Positions 23,707-37,944 of a stretch of DNA of 42,309 nt are shown here, one piece after another. The notes beneath the pieces were generated by a model. The model did no database searches, had not been told where the DNA came from, and saw only the letters and a list, made by a program, of their open reading frames with translations. Origin of the DNA: Paraspadella gotoi (taxonomy: Eukaryota > Animalia > Chaetognatha); the NCBI GenBank assembly GCA_051294375.1, contig CM119271.1, positions 8,576,148-8,618,456 on the forward strand, given 5' to 3'. Made by a program: the position numbers and the translations under genes. Position 1 is the stretch's first letter; every line of letters begins with the position of its first letter.

Positions 23707-26700
23707 TCTCTCGTCACTGCCTCTCCACACCTTGTCCTTGGGTTTCCTTCGCCCTGCTAGAGGAGCGAGTGATTTTCACGTTTTTTCTTCTCTGTTCGTC
23801 ACGGGCGCCGTGCGACAAATTGCTTACGACGGATTAAGGCGTTCGATCGCCGACGTCGCTGGGGTCGACGATAACTTTCGATTGGTCCGCTCGATCCGAC
23901 GCCTCGAACGTTGAATGGACGAGAGTAATTGAACGAGGCTCGCCGATTGGTGGAGTTCGGGACGGCGGAAAGAGCTACGCCATGTTTCCGCTTATCCGGC
24001 CCGTTATGGCCGAGGCCAGGAAAAACTTGTCCCGGCCGAGAAAAAAGAAAATGGGGAGAAGAGGAGGCAGAGGGGGACAGGGAAAGAGAGAGAGAGAAGA
24101 GCGGAGTGGAAAAAATTGGGAGTAGACAGCAGAGATGAGAGAGTGGGTAAAAAAAAAATATATGTATATATCCCGCCTCTTTTGAACTCTCTCGCTCCAA
24201 CTCTTCAAAATTGCCGAGGGGGTGATAGAGTCTTTTGAGGGCGTGTCCCATTCCGGGCGCGCTCGCGAGAAAGCGGAGGCGTTAACGAGCGCGAAAGCCA
24301 CAAATTCGCCCTATTATGATGAATGACGCGCGAGGGAAAGCGCGCGACGAGAGATGGCGCGTCAGTTAGAACCGACCAAATGGCGTGGCTGGGATGGGAA
24401 GTATCGACCAATCGGGTTCGATGGTCTTGAAAGGGCGTTGATATTTCGCGCCAATCGAGAGACGGAACGGATACACGCGACCAATGAAAGTGAATTAAGC
24501 AGGCGGACTTTTTAATTCCGAACAATGAGATTTGTTTAAAACGTAAGCTTTTTAAAGAACCAAGCTTTTTTGTCGTAAAACGAGACTCCAAAGCGTCACA
24601 TCTGCGAGCTGTGCCAGCTTAGCTTTCTTTTTTTTTGAAAAGACCAATAAAGCTCTATCTAGGATTTATTCTTCGGTTACTGCCTCTGACCAATCCAGTC
24701 GACGGAAAAAAAAATCTGAGAAGGAGAAACATAAAGGGAGAAACGAGAGACTGTGTGAGACCTTTGAGGAAGATTAAGAGAAGAGACATAAGACAACTAA
24801 AGAAAGATTGTGGAAGAGAGAAAGTGGAGAGAGACAGGGTGAAAAAGGGAAAAGTGACATAAAAGAGATGGACATGGAAAGAAAGGAGAGGAATGAAAGA
24901 AAAGAGGGCCTTTATTTTTTCCAGGAACGCTCCATTTCAGTTTTGAATTAAGATTAATGATTTTTTTTAGTTAAGATTCAGTCTAATGAATTGGTAAGCA
25001 ACCAATATAAATTATCCATTCATTAATAAATACAGCTATCTTGCCCTGACTTTGGACAGGGCTTTGGTGGGTTTAAGGCCTCCATCACTCTTAACAAGAT
25101 AATGACATAAGCAGGTCCTGCCAAGGTTCAATCAATATCTCTCTCACGTCTCGTTTACATCCAAAGTACCTGGCTTCCCATCAATGAAGTCGGGTATAAT
25201 CTTTCAAAAAAAATTGTATGAAGACCACTCCCTTAAGTATTAGATCGGGGAATACTTGTTGTAGCTCCGCACTAGCATCAAAATCAAGGAGCGAATTTTT
25301 GAAAATTGGTGACAACCAATATAAAAATTATCAACATCTCATTTAATAAATAAGCTATCTTGCCCCTGACTTTATATAAGGTTAGGGATCAAGGTTAGAG
25401 ATGAAGATTAGTGACTGGTTTAATGGTTACTAAATTAGGGTTAATGATTTAATGTTAAAGACAAGAGTTTAAAGATTAAGAAGTTAAGATTAAAAATTTT
25501 TAAAAATGGTATGGTTCAGGATAGGTTAAAGTTAAGGATTAGGGTTTTAGATTAGAGTTAAGATTTGGTTATAGGATTAATTATTTTTATAAGAAAAAAA
25601 AATTCTGGGGATAAATAACGGAAATGGGCCATTCTCACGGAAAAGGAGAGTCGAAGAAGAAATGTTTTGGAAATACTGCGGCGAATATTTGTTCGACTTA
25701 CGACGCCCTTTGCGATTCGACCTGGCGAGACTTTCGTTCGGAACCGAGATGGCGTCCGCGGCGTGAGCATTATGACGTCAGGCATGTTCGAGCCTGGGCG
25801 AGGGGATAATGATGAGGGCCTGTTCTGTTGTAGCGGTAAATGAATTTATGTTGTGGTGGTTTTATGAGAGTCTCGTCTTCGAAGTCGTCTTAGTTTAAGA
25901 CGAATTCTTTGGCTTCCCAAGGCGTTGTCTTCTCTGTCATCGTCGTTGTCGTCGTAATTGTCATTTTGGTCGACTTGTCAGCATCGTCGTTTTTGTTCGT
26001 CATCGAGGTTGATGGTCTTTTTCATAACCAATGGTCTAGAAGTCTGCTTCGTCGTTTACTTTGGTCATTTTCGTCGTCGGTCGTCTCGTCGTCGTCGTCG
26101 TCATTATGGTCGTCGTCGTTTCGTGTTTCGTACGCCTTTTCTTTCTCACTCTTCTTTCCACCATCGACTTTCTATTTTTTCTTTATTTTTCTCCTCCTCA
26201 AGTTTCTTTAACTTTATTTTCACACTTTCTACTCTTTTTTCTTAATTTTCTTTTCTTGCTCTTTTTTCATTATCGAAAGTGTTTGTGACATTGTACTAAA
26301 ATTACATTTTCTTTTCTTCCATGTATTCATCAGCGTGTGGCGCTCGTAGTCACATCGAGCCTCATTTCGTAGATGACCCTAATTGAAACTTTTTGCGTTG
26401 TCTTGACTCTACAAAAATTCTTAAAATATCTTTAATAATATTTCAAGAAGTATCATCGCATGCTACTTAGTAATTACTTTTTCAAAGTAGGGAACTAATT
26501 TCGTGCGAAATTTTAGTTTTTTATTAATATAACTTAACTCAATCTTAACTTCAACTTTATTAAAACATTCACAAAAAATTTTCAAAAAATTATTAGTAAG
26601 TTTGATGTTACACCGTTTATTGTACATGGCACAATTATTATCTAATTATGTTACTTTAGTAGCGATGCAATTTTTTTATTATTGGATACTCATTGCTTTT

Positions 26701-26975
26701 CTTTCACCCCGCCATATTGTTTCTAACTATTCGAATTATTTTTCTTAAGACTTACCCTTCCAAAGTTTCCCTACTACCGTTTCTCACCTCCCACTTTCCT
26801 TATAGTCCTTACCAAGAAAAAAAACTTATAGGTGGGAGGGGAAGATTTATAGAGGTGCGGAAAAAACTTTAAAGCGCCTATTTAGAGGTTAAGGCGAAGG
26901 ACTCGCCGGCCAGAAACCATTAGGAAACGAAGAGAGAGAGAGAGAAGAGGAGAGAGAGAGAGAGAGAGGAGAGAA

Positions 26976-27006
<31 letters not shown>

Positions 27007-27084
27007 ATTATAAAGAAAAAATACTGAAAAGGCAAATTGGGGCCGTCTTAAGCCAAGAAGAAGAAGGAGAGAGAAGAGAGGAGA

Positions 27085-27129
<45 letters not shown>

Positions 27130-27972
27130 GGATCGATAGGATCGCATCAACCCGCGCGCCTGGAGTCCGGATTCGAAGGTCGCGAGAGGTGGGGGCGGGA
27201 GAAGAAGAGACATTACCGATATACGGTGGGTGGAGGGAACTTGATCGGGAGGGGAAGGGAGGTGAAGGAGAGAGAGGGAGGGAGAGAGGGAAGAAGGCAG
27301 GAGAACAAAAAGGTGGTGAATAGTATTAACGAAGGCATGGAGGAAGGAAGGAAGGAAGGAAGCAAGGAAGGAAGGAAGGATGAAGGAAGAAGGAAGGAAG
27401 GAAGGAAAGGAAGGAAGGAAAGGAAGGAAGGAAGGAAGGAAGGAAGGAAGGAAGAAGGTAGGAAGGATGGAAGGAAGGAGGGTAGGAATAAGAAAGGAGG
27501 ATGAAGGAAAGTTAATGAGATGGAAGGAAGAGGAGATTAGAAAGATGAAAGAAGTATGGGAGAAAAAACAACCATAACAAAGATTGGAAAATTTGCGTCG
27601 TTGTGGAGCTTCGGGCAAAACAACTCGCAGAATTTATTCCGGCATCAACGCTTTGATTCCGGATGAAACGATATCTGCTGGATGACGAATATCTGGATGA
27701 CAAGAGAAATCGCGTCATAAAATCGTTCATTTTAACTGGAGAACAACAGAATCGCTTTTTCTATTTTTCTTATTTCTAGAAGAAAAGAGGGATGGAGAAG
27801 ATATAGGAAGAGGTTAGAGAAAAAGAAAATAACGGACAGAGGATAGAGAGACAGACAATCAAATCTAGAAAAGTGAAAATAATAATCCAACAAAGAGGGA
27901 AAGAACAGAACAACCGCTCAAAAACCAATAACAGACAGACATGACTGAGACCAAACGGAATCCCCACTCGTA

Positions 27973-28046
<74 letters not shown>

Positions 28047-28277
28047 ATCCCCTGGGAGTGAATGATTGCGGGCGGCGGGCGGCGCCGCCGAAAAAGGGAA
28101 GAAGACAAACGAGCGCGCCGGTTGACAGTGGGGGCTGGTTGTCGCGTCGGGGCTCGGCGGCGGTGCCGACGCCGACCTCGGACAAACGAGCGAATTTCGC
28201 GTCGGCGAAGACAAAGGGACAACGACTTCCGGTCCCGGGGAAGAGAGAAGAGAGAGAGAGAGAGAGGAGAGAGAGAG

Positions 28278-28323
<46 letters not shown>

Positions 28324-29697
28324 AGCCGGGGGAAATGGACGACATAACCATTAATCGGAGCGAGAGAAAGCGACGGCGTAAAAAGAAACCAAAGGGAAAA
28401 AAATGGCGTCGCGGAGTGAGAATAGCATGGAGAGGAGGGGGGGGGGGGGGGCGAATGGGGGAGGAAGATGGGGGAATGGGGTGGAGATTAAGAGAGAGTG
28501 AAGGGGATTGAAGATGAGAGGGGGAAGGGGGTAGAATGAAAGACATGGAAGGGGGATGTGATGATATGCGGATGGAAAACTATGAGGTCAATATACAATG
28601 ATGGGAAAAATTGTCGCGGCAATTTTTTAGCTATTTTTTCGGGCATCTTTGAATATAAAAAATCAAAAAATAAAGAATTTTATTTAAAAAAAACAAACTT
28701 AGATACTTGTGATCATATGAGCTGTCTTTCGGTTATGGACCGCACAAAAAAAAATAGTACTATGCAAAAGAATAATCGCGGTGTCCAAAACAAAATTCCT
28801 CTTTTTTATATTTTATATTTTATATTTTTTGTAAATTTTTATACCATACTTCAATTTCTCCTCTTTTTTATTGTTTTATTAAAGAGGACTGCCTTTGATA
28901 TATCTCATGTCAAATGATTGCTGCATCATCTTTATTAAGATAGATTCATGAAAAAAACATATTTTATAATAAAATTAACTAGTTTTTCCAAACCCGGACA
29001 ATTTTTTTCCATCGTGGTAATATTGGAGAATGGATATTTTCGATGAAAGGAAGAAGGGGAAGAAATGATTTTGAAATTGGGAAGGTAAAAGGGAAAGGAT
29101 GGGCACGAATGAGAGATGGTGGGAAAGAGAATGAGAGATGGCACGAAATAAAATGGATTAAAGATGAGAAGGGAGGAAAAAAAGTAGGAATGTAGGAATT
29201 GGGATTAGATGAGAATAAAAAGGAGAGAAAACTAGAAGTGGAGTTCCTGTTAAAGAATTAAATCCAGTCAATGAGATAAATGGGGAAAGTTTGAAACAGC
29301 GAAAAGAATGAGACTTGGAACACAATGACTCGATGATGCAAATGACGAGAGCTCATTGAACTCGTTGAACGGGCTGAAAGCAAAAGAAACAAAGCGAACT
29401 AAAAACGAAACAAAACAATAAAAATATACGAATAAAGAAAACTGAAACTATATGCCCCTTATATACAAAGTTGGCTTAAAGGGTAAAAATTTACATGGTA
29501 CAAAAATTCTACATCGAATTGGAACCAAATTCAATTACCAATTACGTGGAAAAAAAACGAATGACCATAACTCATGCAGGGCGACGTTTTATGACGTCGT
29601 CGTCGTCGTCGTCGTCGTTTCTTCATTGTTTTTGACCTGAAAGAAAAAAAAAGAAAAAGAAAGGAAATGAGAGGAAGAACAGAAAAATAATCCCGAA

Positions 29698-29780
<83 letters not shown>

Positions 29781-30407
29781 TATTCCCTCTTTCTTTATGG
29801 CTCCGCTCATGACAAAACCCCATCGTCGACCGGCATAAGGTTGAAGGGAGACGCCCTCTTTTGCCTTGATAAAATGAATTCATTAATTTTAAAAAATTTC
29901 GCCATTCTAGTACATCGGCCATCCATCATTCTTTAACTGCCTTCACCTTTCATAAACTTCCGCGCCCGCCACCGCCCACTCCTCCATCTCTCTCCTCTCT
30001 CATCCTCTCTCTCTACACTCTCTCTCTCTTTTCTATCTCGTATATATTGTTTAGTGGTCGAGGCCGGGCGCAGGGGGAAATGGGCGTCTGACGACACCGA
30101 CCAATCGGAAGCCTCCATTCCATTTCGTCCGCCAATCAGAAACGTCTCTTCGCTTCCCTCCGCCGCCGCTGAATCATTAGCAAAAGTCGGAGATTTTCGA
30201 ATCATTCTGTCTTTCGGCCGCCGCATCCTTGCGCGCCGCCGCTTTAACGCGAGGAGGCTGACGCTGTCGCTTGCTGCCGCAGCAGCCGCTAACAACCCCC
30301 ACATATCCCATAAGTTATCATAATTTTTTGCCGTTCTTTCGCAATTAGACCGGGTAGCCTGGGATGACGTTCAGCGCGAGCTGGAGCGGAGGTAGAAGGG
30401 GGTGAGA

Positions 30408-30486
<79 letters not shown>

Positions 30487-31374
30487 AGAGAGGAGAGAGG
30501 AGAGCATAGATTTTCGGAGCCCAAACGAGTTTTTGATGAACTGGTAGACGCCGTCTCGGTTTCGGGTGTCGTGGTCTGAGTTGCGTCACGCCAAGCAGCG
30601 TATGATCGTCACGGGAAGGATTGCCACGATGCCGCCACGCCACAAACTATATGCCATGTCCTACGTCGTTGTCGTGGTTAATGGAATATGGACGAATGGA
30701 CGACGACGAACGACGAAAAAATCGCGACGACTGATATTAATATTAAACATGAGTCCTTCACTCGACAAAGAGGCAAATAAAAACTAAATTTTTGACTAAT
30801 AATGGTAGGTAGAATATATGACGAATGTAGAATTTCAAATAATTAACAAAATTTTAAAAAATTTAAAAGATTGACAGATGAAAAAGTAAATTCAAGTTCA
30901 TCGATTGGACATTGACAGAAAAAACATTATAATCGTCGAGTTTTAACGTAAAATTGACACGGTAATTAATTACCAAATTAACAACGAATTCTTTTTTAAA
31001 AGAAACGACGATAACCATGCGACAATCGAAAGTCGACTTAAATCGAATGAAAAGATGACGCGAATACGGACGACGACGACGACGACGAAGCGATTGGCCT
31101 TTCCTTCCGGCCTAATTTATTCACATCGCTCACAGAGAGGCGACGAAGAACAGCAGGCGAAGCGACAGGTGGCGAACAGGCGACACGACTTAACGAGAAC
31201 AAGCGGCGAACGCTTCGCGATCAGGCCGAGATTAATCTTTTTCAAGAGGCGAATGTTTTTCCTAAATTGGAAAGATTAAGTCTACTTCTAATCATTAAAC
31301 AATTTAAAAGGTTTAGGGGGATTTTTAGGACGTTATTTACTCTCCTCTCTCTCTCTCTTCTTCTCTCTCTCTCA

Positions 31375-31409
<35 letters not shown>

Positions 31410-31599
31410 CTTCTTCGTCCTTCTCTCCTCTCTGGTCTCTCTCTAACGCTACCCCCACGATCAACCGATCGGCAAGACGAAATCGTAATAAACGAAGGTT
31501 ATTAAAATTAATGGAGTCTATAGTAATCGTGTTTTCTTTTTTTAGATTTTGAACCGTTAAGATGTGGGAAAGTACTCTTCATCTTCTGTCTCTCTCTCT
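23484..31599 (+). repeat. ~8.1-kb segment, copy C
   Basis: Collinear with 6860-15009; bounded by 25-N gaps at 23443-23467 and 31600-31624. Confidence 0.95.
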
Positions 31600-31624
31600 N
31601 NNNNNNNNNNNNNNNNNNNNNNNN

Positions 31625-31966
31625 GGGCGCAGGGGGAAATGGGGCGTCTGACGACACCGACCAATCGGAAGCCTCCATTCCATTTCGTCCGCCAATCAGA
31701 AACGTCTCTTCGCTTCCCTCCGCCGCCGCTGAATCATTAGCAAAAGTCGGAGATTTTCGAATCATTTGTCTTTCGCCGCCGCATCCTGCGCTGCCGCCGC
31801 TTTAACGCGGAGGAGGCTGACGCTGTCGCTGCTGCCGCAGCAGACGCTAACACCCCCCCCACATATCCCCATAGTTTATCATAATTTTTGCCGTTCTTTC
31901 CAATTATGACCGGGTAGCCTGGGATGACGTCAGCGCGAGCTGGAGCGGAGGTAGAAGGGGGTGAGA

Positions 31967-31998
<32 letters not shown>

Positions 31999-32984
31999 TG
32001 AGAGAGGAGAGAGGAGAGAGAGAGCTGAGAGAGAGAGAGAAGGAACGAGAGCATTAGATTTTCGGAGCCCCAAACGAGTTTTTGATGAATGGTGAGACGT
32101 CTCGGTTTCGTGTCGTTGGTCTGACGTTGCGTCACGCCAAGCAGCGTCATGATCGTCACGGGAAGGATTGCCACGATGCGCTCACGCCACAAATATATGC
32201 CATGTCCTACGTCGTTGTCGTGGTTAATTGGGAATGATGACGAAATGGACACGGACGACGACGAAAAATGGACGATCTATATAATCATTAACATTAATGA
32301 GCCTTCACTCGACCAAAGAGCAAATAAAAACTAAATTTTTGACCTAACTCTGATTATTAGAAGAATAGGTAGCAATATATGACGAATGTAGAAGTCGTTC
32401 CCGAAATATATAACCAAAATTTCTAAAAAATTCTAAAAGACTTGACAGATCAGAAAACAGTCAAATTCAAGTTCATCGACCCCTTGGACACTGACAGAAA
32501 AACCATTATAATCGTCGAGTTTTAACTAAATATTGACACTGGCTAATTAATCTACCAGAATTAACAACGAATTCTTTTTCTAAAGAAACGACGATCTAAC
32601 AGTGCGACAATCGAATCCAGTCCGCACTTCCTTCTAAATCCGAATCTGAAACCCCGACTGACGCGAATACCGGACGAGCGACGACGACGACGACCTCAGC
32701 GATTGGCCCTTTCCTCCGGCCTAATATTATTCACTCGCTCCACAGAGAGGCGACGAAGAACAGCAGGCGAAGCGACAGGTGGCGAACAGGCGACACGACT
32801 TAACGAGAACAAGCGGCGAACGCTTCGCGATCAGGCCGAGATTAATCTTTTTCAAGAGGCGAATGTTTTTCCTAAATTGGAAAGATTAAGTCTACTTCTA
32901 ATCATTAAACAATTTAAAAGGTTTAGGGGGATTTTTAGGACGTTATTTACTCTCCTCTCTCTCTCTCTTCTTCTCTCTCTCTCA

Positions 32985-33019
<35 letters not shown>

Positions 33020-33209
33020 CTTCTTCGTCCTTCTCTCCTCTCTGGTCTCTCTCTAACGCTACCCCCACGATCAACCGATCGGCAAGACGAAATCGTAATA
33101 AACGAAGGTTATTAAAATTAATGGAGTCTATAGTAATCGTGTTTTCTTTTTTTAGATTTTGAACCGTTAAGATGTGGGAAAGTACTCTTCATCTTCTGTC
33201 TCTCTCTCT
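31625..33209 (+). repeat. Partial copy D (matches ~13477-15009)
   Basis: Same sequence with heavy insertion noise at 32340-32720; ends at the same base as A and C, before a 25-N gap. Confidence 0.9.
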
Positions 33210-33234
33210 NNNNNNNNNNNNNNNNNNNNNNNNN

Positions 33235-34146
33235 TGAGAGACGAGAGAGATGAGAGAGGAGAGGGAAAGAGACTGAGAGAGAGAGAGCAGAGAGCAATTA
33301 GATTTTCGGAGCCCAAACGAGTTTTTGATGAATGGTGAGACGCGTCTCGGTTTCGGTGTCGTGGTCTGACGTTGCGTCACGCCAAGCAGCGTCATGATGC
33401 GTCACGGGAAGGATTGCCACGATGCGCCACGCCACAAATATATGCCAGTCCTCGTCGTTGTCGTGGTTAATGGGAATATGGACGATAATGACGACGACGA
33501 CGACGAAAAATGCGACGATGATATTAATGATTAACATTTGAGCCTTCAACTCGACAAAGAGCAAATAAAACTAAATTTTTGACTAATATGGTAGGTAGAA
33601 TATATGACGAATGTAGAATTTCAAGATAATTAACAAAATTTAAAAAATTTAAAAGATTGACAGATGAAAAAGTAAATTCAAGTTCATCGATTGGACATTG
33701 ACAGAAAAAACCATTATAATCGTCGAGTTTTAACTAAAATTTGACACGGTAATTAATTACCAAATTAACAACGAATTCTTTTTAAAGAAACGACGATAAC
33801 CATGCGACATCGAAAGTCGACTTAATCGAATGAAAGATGACGCGAAATACGACGACGACGACGACGACGAGCGATTAGGCCTTCTCGGCCTAATTTATTC
33901 ACTCCGCTCACAGAGAGGCGACGAAGAACAGGCGAGCGACAGGTGGCGAACAGGCGACCGACTTACGACGAACAAGCGGCGAACGTTCGGCGATCAGGCC
34001 GACGATTAATCTTTTTCAAGAGGCGAATGGTTTTTTCTTAATTGGAAAGATTAAGTCTACTTCTATCAATTACAATTTAAAGGTTTTAGGGGGATTTTTA
34101 GGACGTATTTACTCTCCTCTCTCTCTCTCTTCTTCTCTCTCTCTCA

Positions 34147-34181
<35 letters not shown>

Positions 34182-34371
34182 CTTCTTCGTCCTTCTCTCC
34201 TCTCTGGTCTCTCTCTAACGCTACCCCCACGATCAACCGATCGGCAAGACGAAATCGTAATAAACGAAGGTTATTAAAATTAATGGAGTCTATAGTAATC
34301 GTGTTTTCTTTTTTTAGATTTTGAACCGTTAAGATGTGGGAAAGTACTCTTCATCTTCTGTCTCTCTCTCT
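33235..34371 (+). repeat. Partial copy E (matches ~13850-15009)
   Basis: Same sequence and same terminal ATCTTCTGTCTCTCTCTCT before a gap. Confidence 0.9.
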
Positions 34372-34715
34372 NNNNNNNNNNNNNNNNNNNNNNNNNNNNN
34401 NNNNNNNNNNNNNNNNNNNNNNNNNNNNNNNNNNNNNNNNNNNNNNNNNNNNNNNNNNCTCTCTCCCTCTTATACTGAAACATTATTGAAATTTATATCT
34501 CAACCTTCCGTACGATACATGAAAATTAAATATTAAACTCTTAACCAGCAAAATATCCTTCCTTTCCCTTTATAACATTAACATTAATCAATAATGATTA
34601 TAACTGGATTCGCCCTTAATTAGATTTTTGTTTTGTTCGTGGGTGGGATTTTCGCGTCACGTTGGCGTATACACATCGCCATAAAACCTCCTAGCGGTCG
34701 TTCTATGTGGTTCTA

Positions 34716-34762
<47 letters not shown>
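34716..34762 (+). repeat. (GTC)n trinucleotide microsatellite
   Basis: About 15 perfect GTC units. Confidence 0.95.
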
Positions 34763-35758
34763 AAGAATTAGCGGCGGCTCCTTACCAATTCCTCCCCTCA
34801 CTTTGAGACGCGGTCCTCCTTTCATAAAAAGTCGGCGGAGCTGAGGTAAGTACACCGACTTGTGATGAACCGGCGAAGAAACGGAGATGAACTCGGGACC
34901 TTGAAAGGCTCGATCAAAAGCGCTAGAGGTAAGGGGTCGGTCGGTCTGTCAATCTGTCGGTGTGAATCTATTTAATATAATTGACAGGAATCCAATCAAT
35001 TAATCAATTAATCAATCAATTCAGAATAATTCGAATCAAATCAAATTNNNNNNNNNNNNNNNNNNNNNNNNNNNNNNNNNNNNNNNNNNNNNNNNNNNNN
35101 NNNNNNNNNNNNNNNNNNNNNNNNNNNNNNNNNNNNNNNNNNNNNNNNNNNNNNNNNNNNNNNNNNNNNNNNNNNNNNNNNNNNNNNNNNNNNNNNNNNN
35201 NNNNNNNNNNNNNNNNNNNNNNNNNNNNNNNNNNNNNNNNNNNNNNNNNNNNNNNNNNNNNNNNNNNNNNNNNNNNNNNNNNNNNNNNNNNNNNNNNNNN
35301 NNNNNNNNNCCCCTTTCTCCCTTCCACCCCCCTCTCCCCCTCTTCCTTCCGAATTAATAATCAGCGGCGGATATATTTATATGTTCCTCGTTATTAGTCT
35401 TTTTATTATTATTTTTTTTATGGCTTCATCACACGTTCCATTTAACGAGTTACGAACGTAGGCGCCGAATGTGAGAGAAAAATATTTTGAGGAGGGGTGG
35501 GGAAGAAAATTAGAGGTTTGTGAAGATGCGAAGAGGCAAGCCTGTGTTGATGGCGTGGAGTACAAGACTGTTGAAGTAGGAGTAAGTGGTCCCGGGATCG
35601 AATCTGTTTTAACGGAGGTCCGCCAATTCTTGCTGGGCTCCCAAAATCTTGAGAGTGGAAATAAATCTTGAAAAGGTGGTAAAAATTCCGTCTTCAGCCA
35701 CTTCCGTAGGTTGTAGATTGTAGATTGTAGAACATCCTTAATCCCAAACAGCCCACGA

Positions 35759-35997
35759 ATGCGAAGAGTTCAAAAAGAAATTCCTTTTTTTTTTCCGCGA
35801 GCCTTTTTATTACGCTTCGATGATAAGTCACTAGTCAGTCAGTCATCCATTTTTGAGCCTTTCATCGTTACCTTTCTTCTTTTGAGCTTTACTCTTTCCT
35901 CGTACACATTTTTGTCACAGTTTTCCTCGCTTTTGCGTCCTTGTCATTCTTATCCCCGTCGTTCTTCATGCTTCTCACCTCCACCGCAACATCGTCG
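35759..35997 (+). CDS. GT31 glycosyltransferase exon 1 (cytoplasmic tail, signal-anchor, stem)
   Basis: MRRVQKEIP...FIVTFLLLSFTLSSYTFLSQF, a hydrophobic stretch as expected for a type II Golgi enzyme; donor CG|GTAACA at 35998, phase 2, fits the next exon. Confidence 0.5.
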
Positions 35998-37323
35998 GTA
36001 ACATCCCTATTTCGAAACGATGAAGCTGACTCCACCTAAAAAATCTCGATCCAGGTAAAGAGATAGAAAGCCGCTATAGCAAAAGAAGCCAGTGGCTTTT
36101 TTTTCTCATATTTTTACATCGCTAGATGTGGAATGACGGGAATTTTGTAAATTTCAAGTTTCGCTTTAATCGTGACCTCACGTTGTTGAGAAATATAAGG
36201 AAATCCATGAAAATTCCCAAATGAGGGTTCGCCCTTCACTCAACCTTCGTTCCAGAACTTCGTCCTCGATTCGTTTGACGTTGGCCTTTTTCGTCTTTGT
36301 CATCGTCGTCTTTGTCATCACTTTTCCCGACGATGATCTCATCGATGAACAGTGAGGGTTTGTTGTTGTTGTTGTTGTTTCATATTGCTGACCATCATTG
36401 CGTTCAGTGAATGGAAAGCGATATCTCAGAACAGAAAATAAAAGCTGATAAATGGGCATTGTTAAATGTTCACTAAGGCGGGCCAAAATTTATAACTTTT
36501 TATCATTAAGAGTTTTGTAATATAAAATTCATTTGTCCATCATATAATAATTCAATATTTATTATCACTTTTTTAAATAGTGAAGCACAGTATAACATTG
36601 AAGCATTTAAATATTTATCAATTCATAGGTAATGAAAAAAAATTGTAACAATTTCATTTTTTAAGAACGGATTCAGATAGCCCATAAAAAAGTTGTCTAC
36701 ACAAAGTATAATGAGTTTTTTTAATATTTCGATGATAAGTTGGTCAAATAAAGGAAAAACTCTTTAAAATCATCATCATCATACCATAATTTTTCTAATT
36801 TTTGCTAATTTTAAGCAATAAAACATAAATATTTGGAAATTTTGTAGTTTTTCAAGCTTTACCCGAATCCGTTTTTAAATTTTTTAAAAAAAGTGTTAGC
36901 TTTAACCTTAATGTTCGCCGCGCCTATAAGCATGTCACCATCAGGCTTGACCCGTTGCCCACTTAACGACTTTAACACCAATCTTTACTTGTTCGTATCG
37001 AGAATCAAAGTCGACAAAAAGCTTTAAATGTATTTAAAAAAATAAAGACTATTCACGTACAAAAATCGTAATCAGGAACGACAGTAACGCTTACGTTCCG
37101 AGACGAGAAAAGAAAAGAAATCACGAAGGCGAAAGAACTTTCTCTCTCGATCCGCCGAGAACGGTTCACGATTTTTTGAGGTCAGAGAGAAAACGTCTTC
37201 GTCGGAAACGAGCGTCCGTTGGTCCGACCAGCTGTCCATTTGTCCAGTCGGTTCTCATTTTGGGAGAAAACGATGTAATACTCGTCAATTTTGATTGCGG
37301 TTTTTTTAATTTTTATCAATCAG

Positions 37324-37400
37324 GTTCTATTCTTTGAGGAACAAAGATTCACCACCGGCTTCTCTCTCCCAAATCGTTTACTACGGGGCCGGTTGCAATG
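37324..37400 (+). CDS. GT31 glycosyltransferase exon 2 (stem)
   Basis: Acceptor TTTTATCAATCAG|G; FYSLRNKDSPPASLSQIVYYGAGCN; donor G|GTATTT, phase 1, fits 38346. Confidence 0.55.
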
Positions 37401-37944
37401 GTATTTAAATAAAGAAATCGAAGAAACTTATGATACTCTGATAGTTATTCAGTTAGTAGGTATTTGATAGAAGCTCTTGGACAATATTAATTTGGGAAAC
37501 CTGAATTTGAAAATAGAAAAACGGAGTTATCATTCAGAGTCAGAATGAATTTATTTTTCAACAAGGTTAATAACAATAACAGATGCTTAGTTTATAACAA
37601 GGTCAAAGTTTGACCATAAAGAGAATGAGGGAAAACGATTTGAGGGTCAGGTTGGTAAGTTCAGTTTTGACCGAGGTTGCGTGTTGTAGTTGTTCGTCCA
37701 CATTATCATGTTTACTGATATTTTCTCATCCTAAAATATACATTAATTTAAAGTTTTGAACAGAGAGATGAGAAGGAAGGAAGGGAGTAATATAACCTTG
37801 TGTTGTATAGATGCTCCCTCTATCTCCAGAAGACAAAACTAACAATCCTCTTCCATTAATAATATAATATTTTCAGATTTAGATTATCAAAAACCAAAAT
37901 TAATATAAAATAATAAAAATAATAAAAATAAAAAATATAGAATT

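Noticed and set aside
5660-34536. Many ORFs rich in SLSLSL, ERERER or EGRKEGRK
   Set aside because: Translations of (CT)n/(AG)n/(GGAA)n microsatellites; no domain signal.
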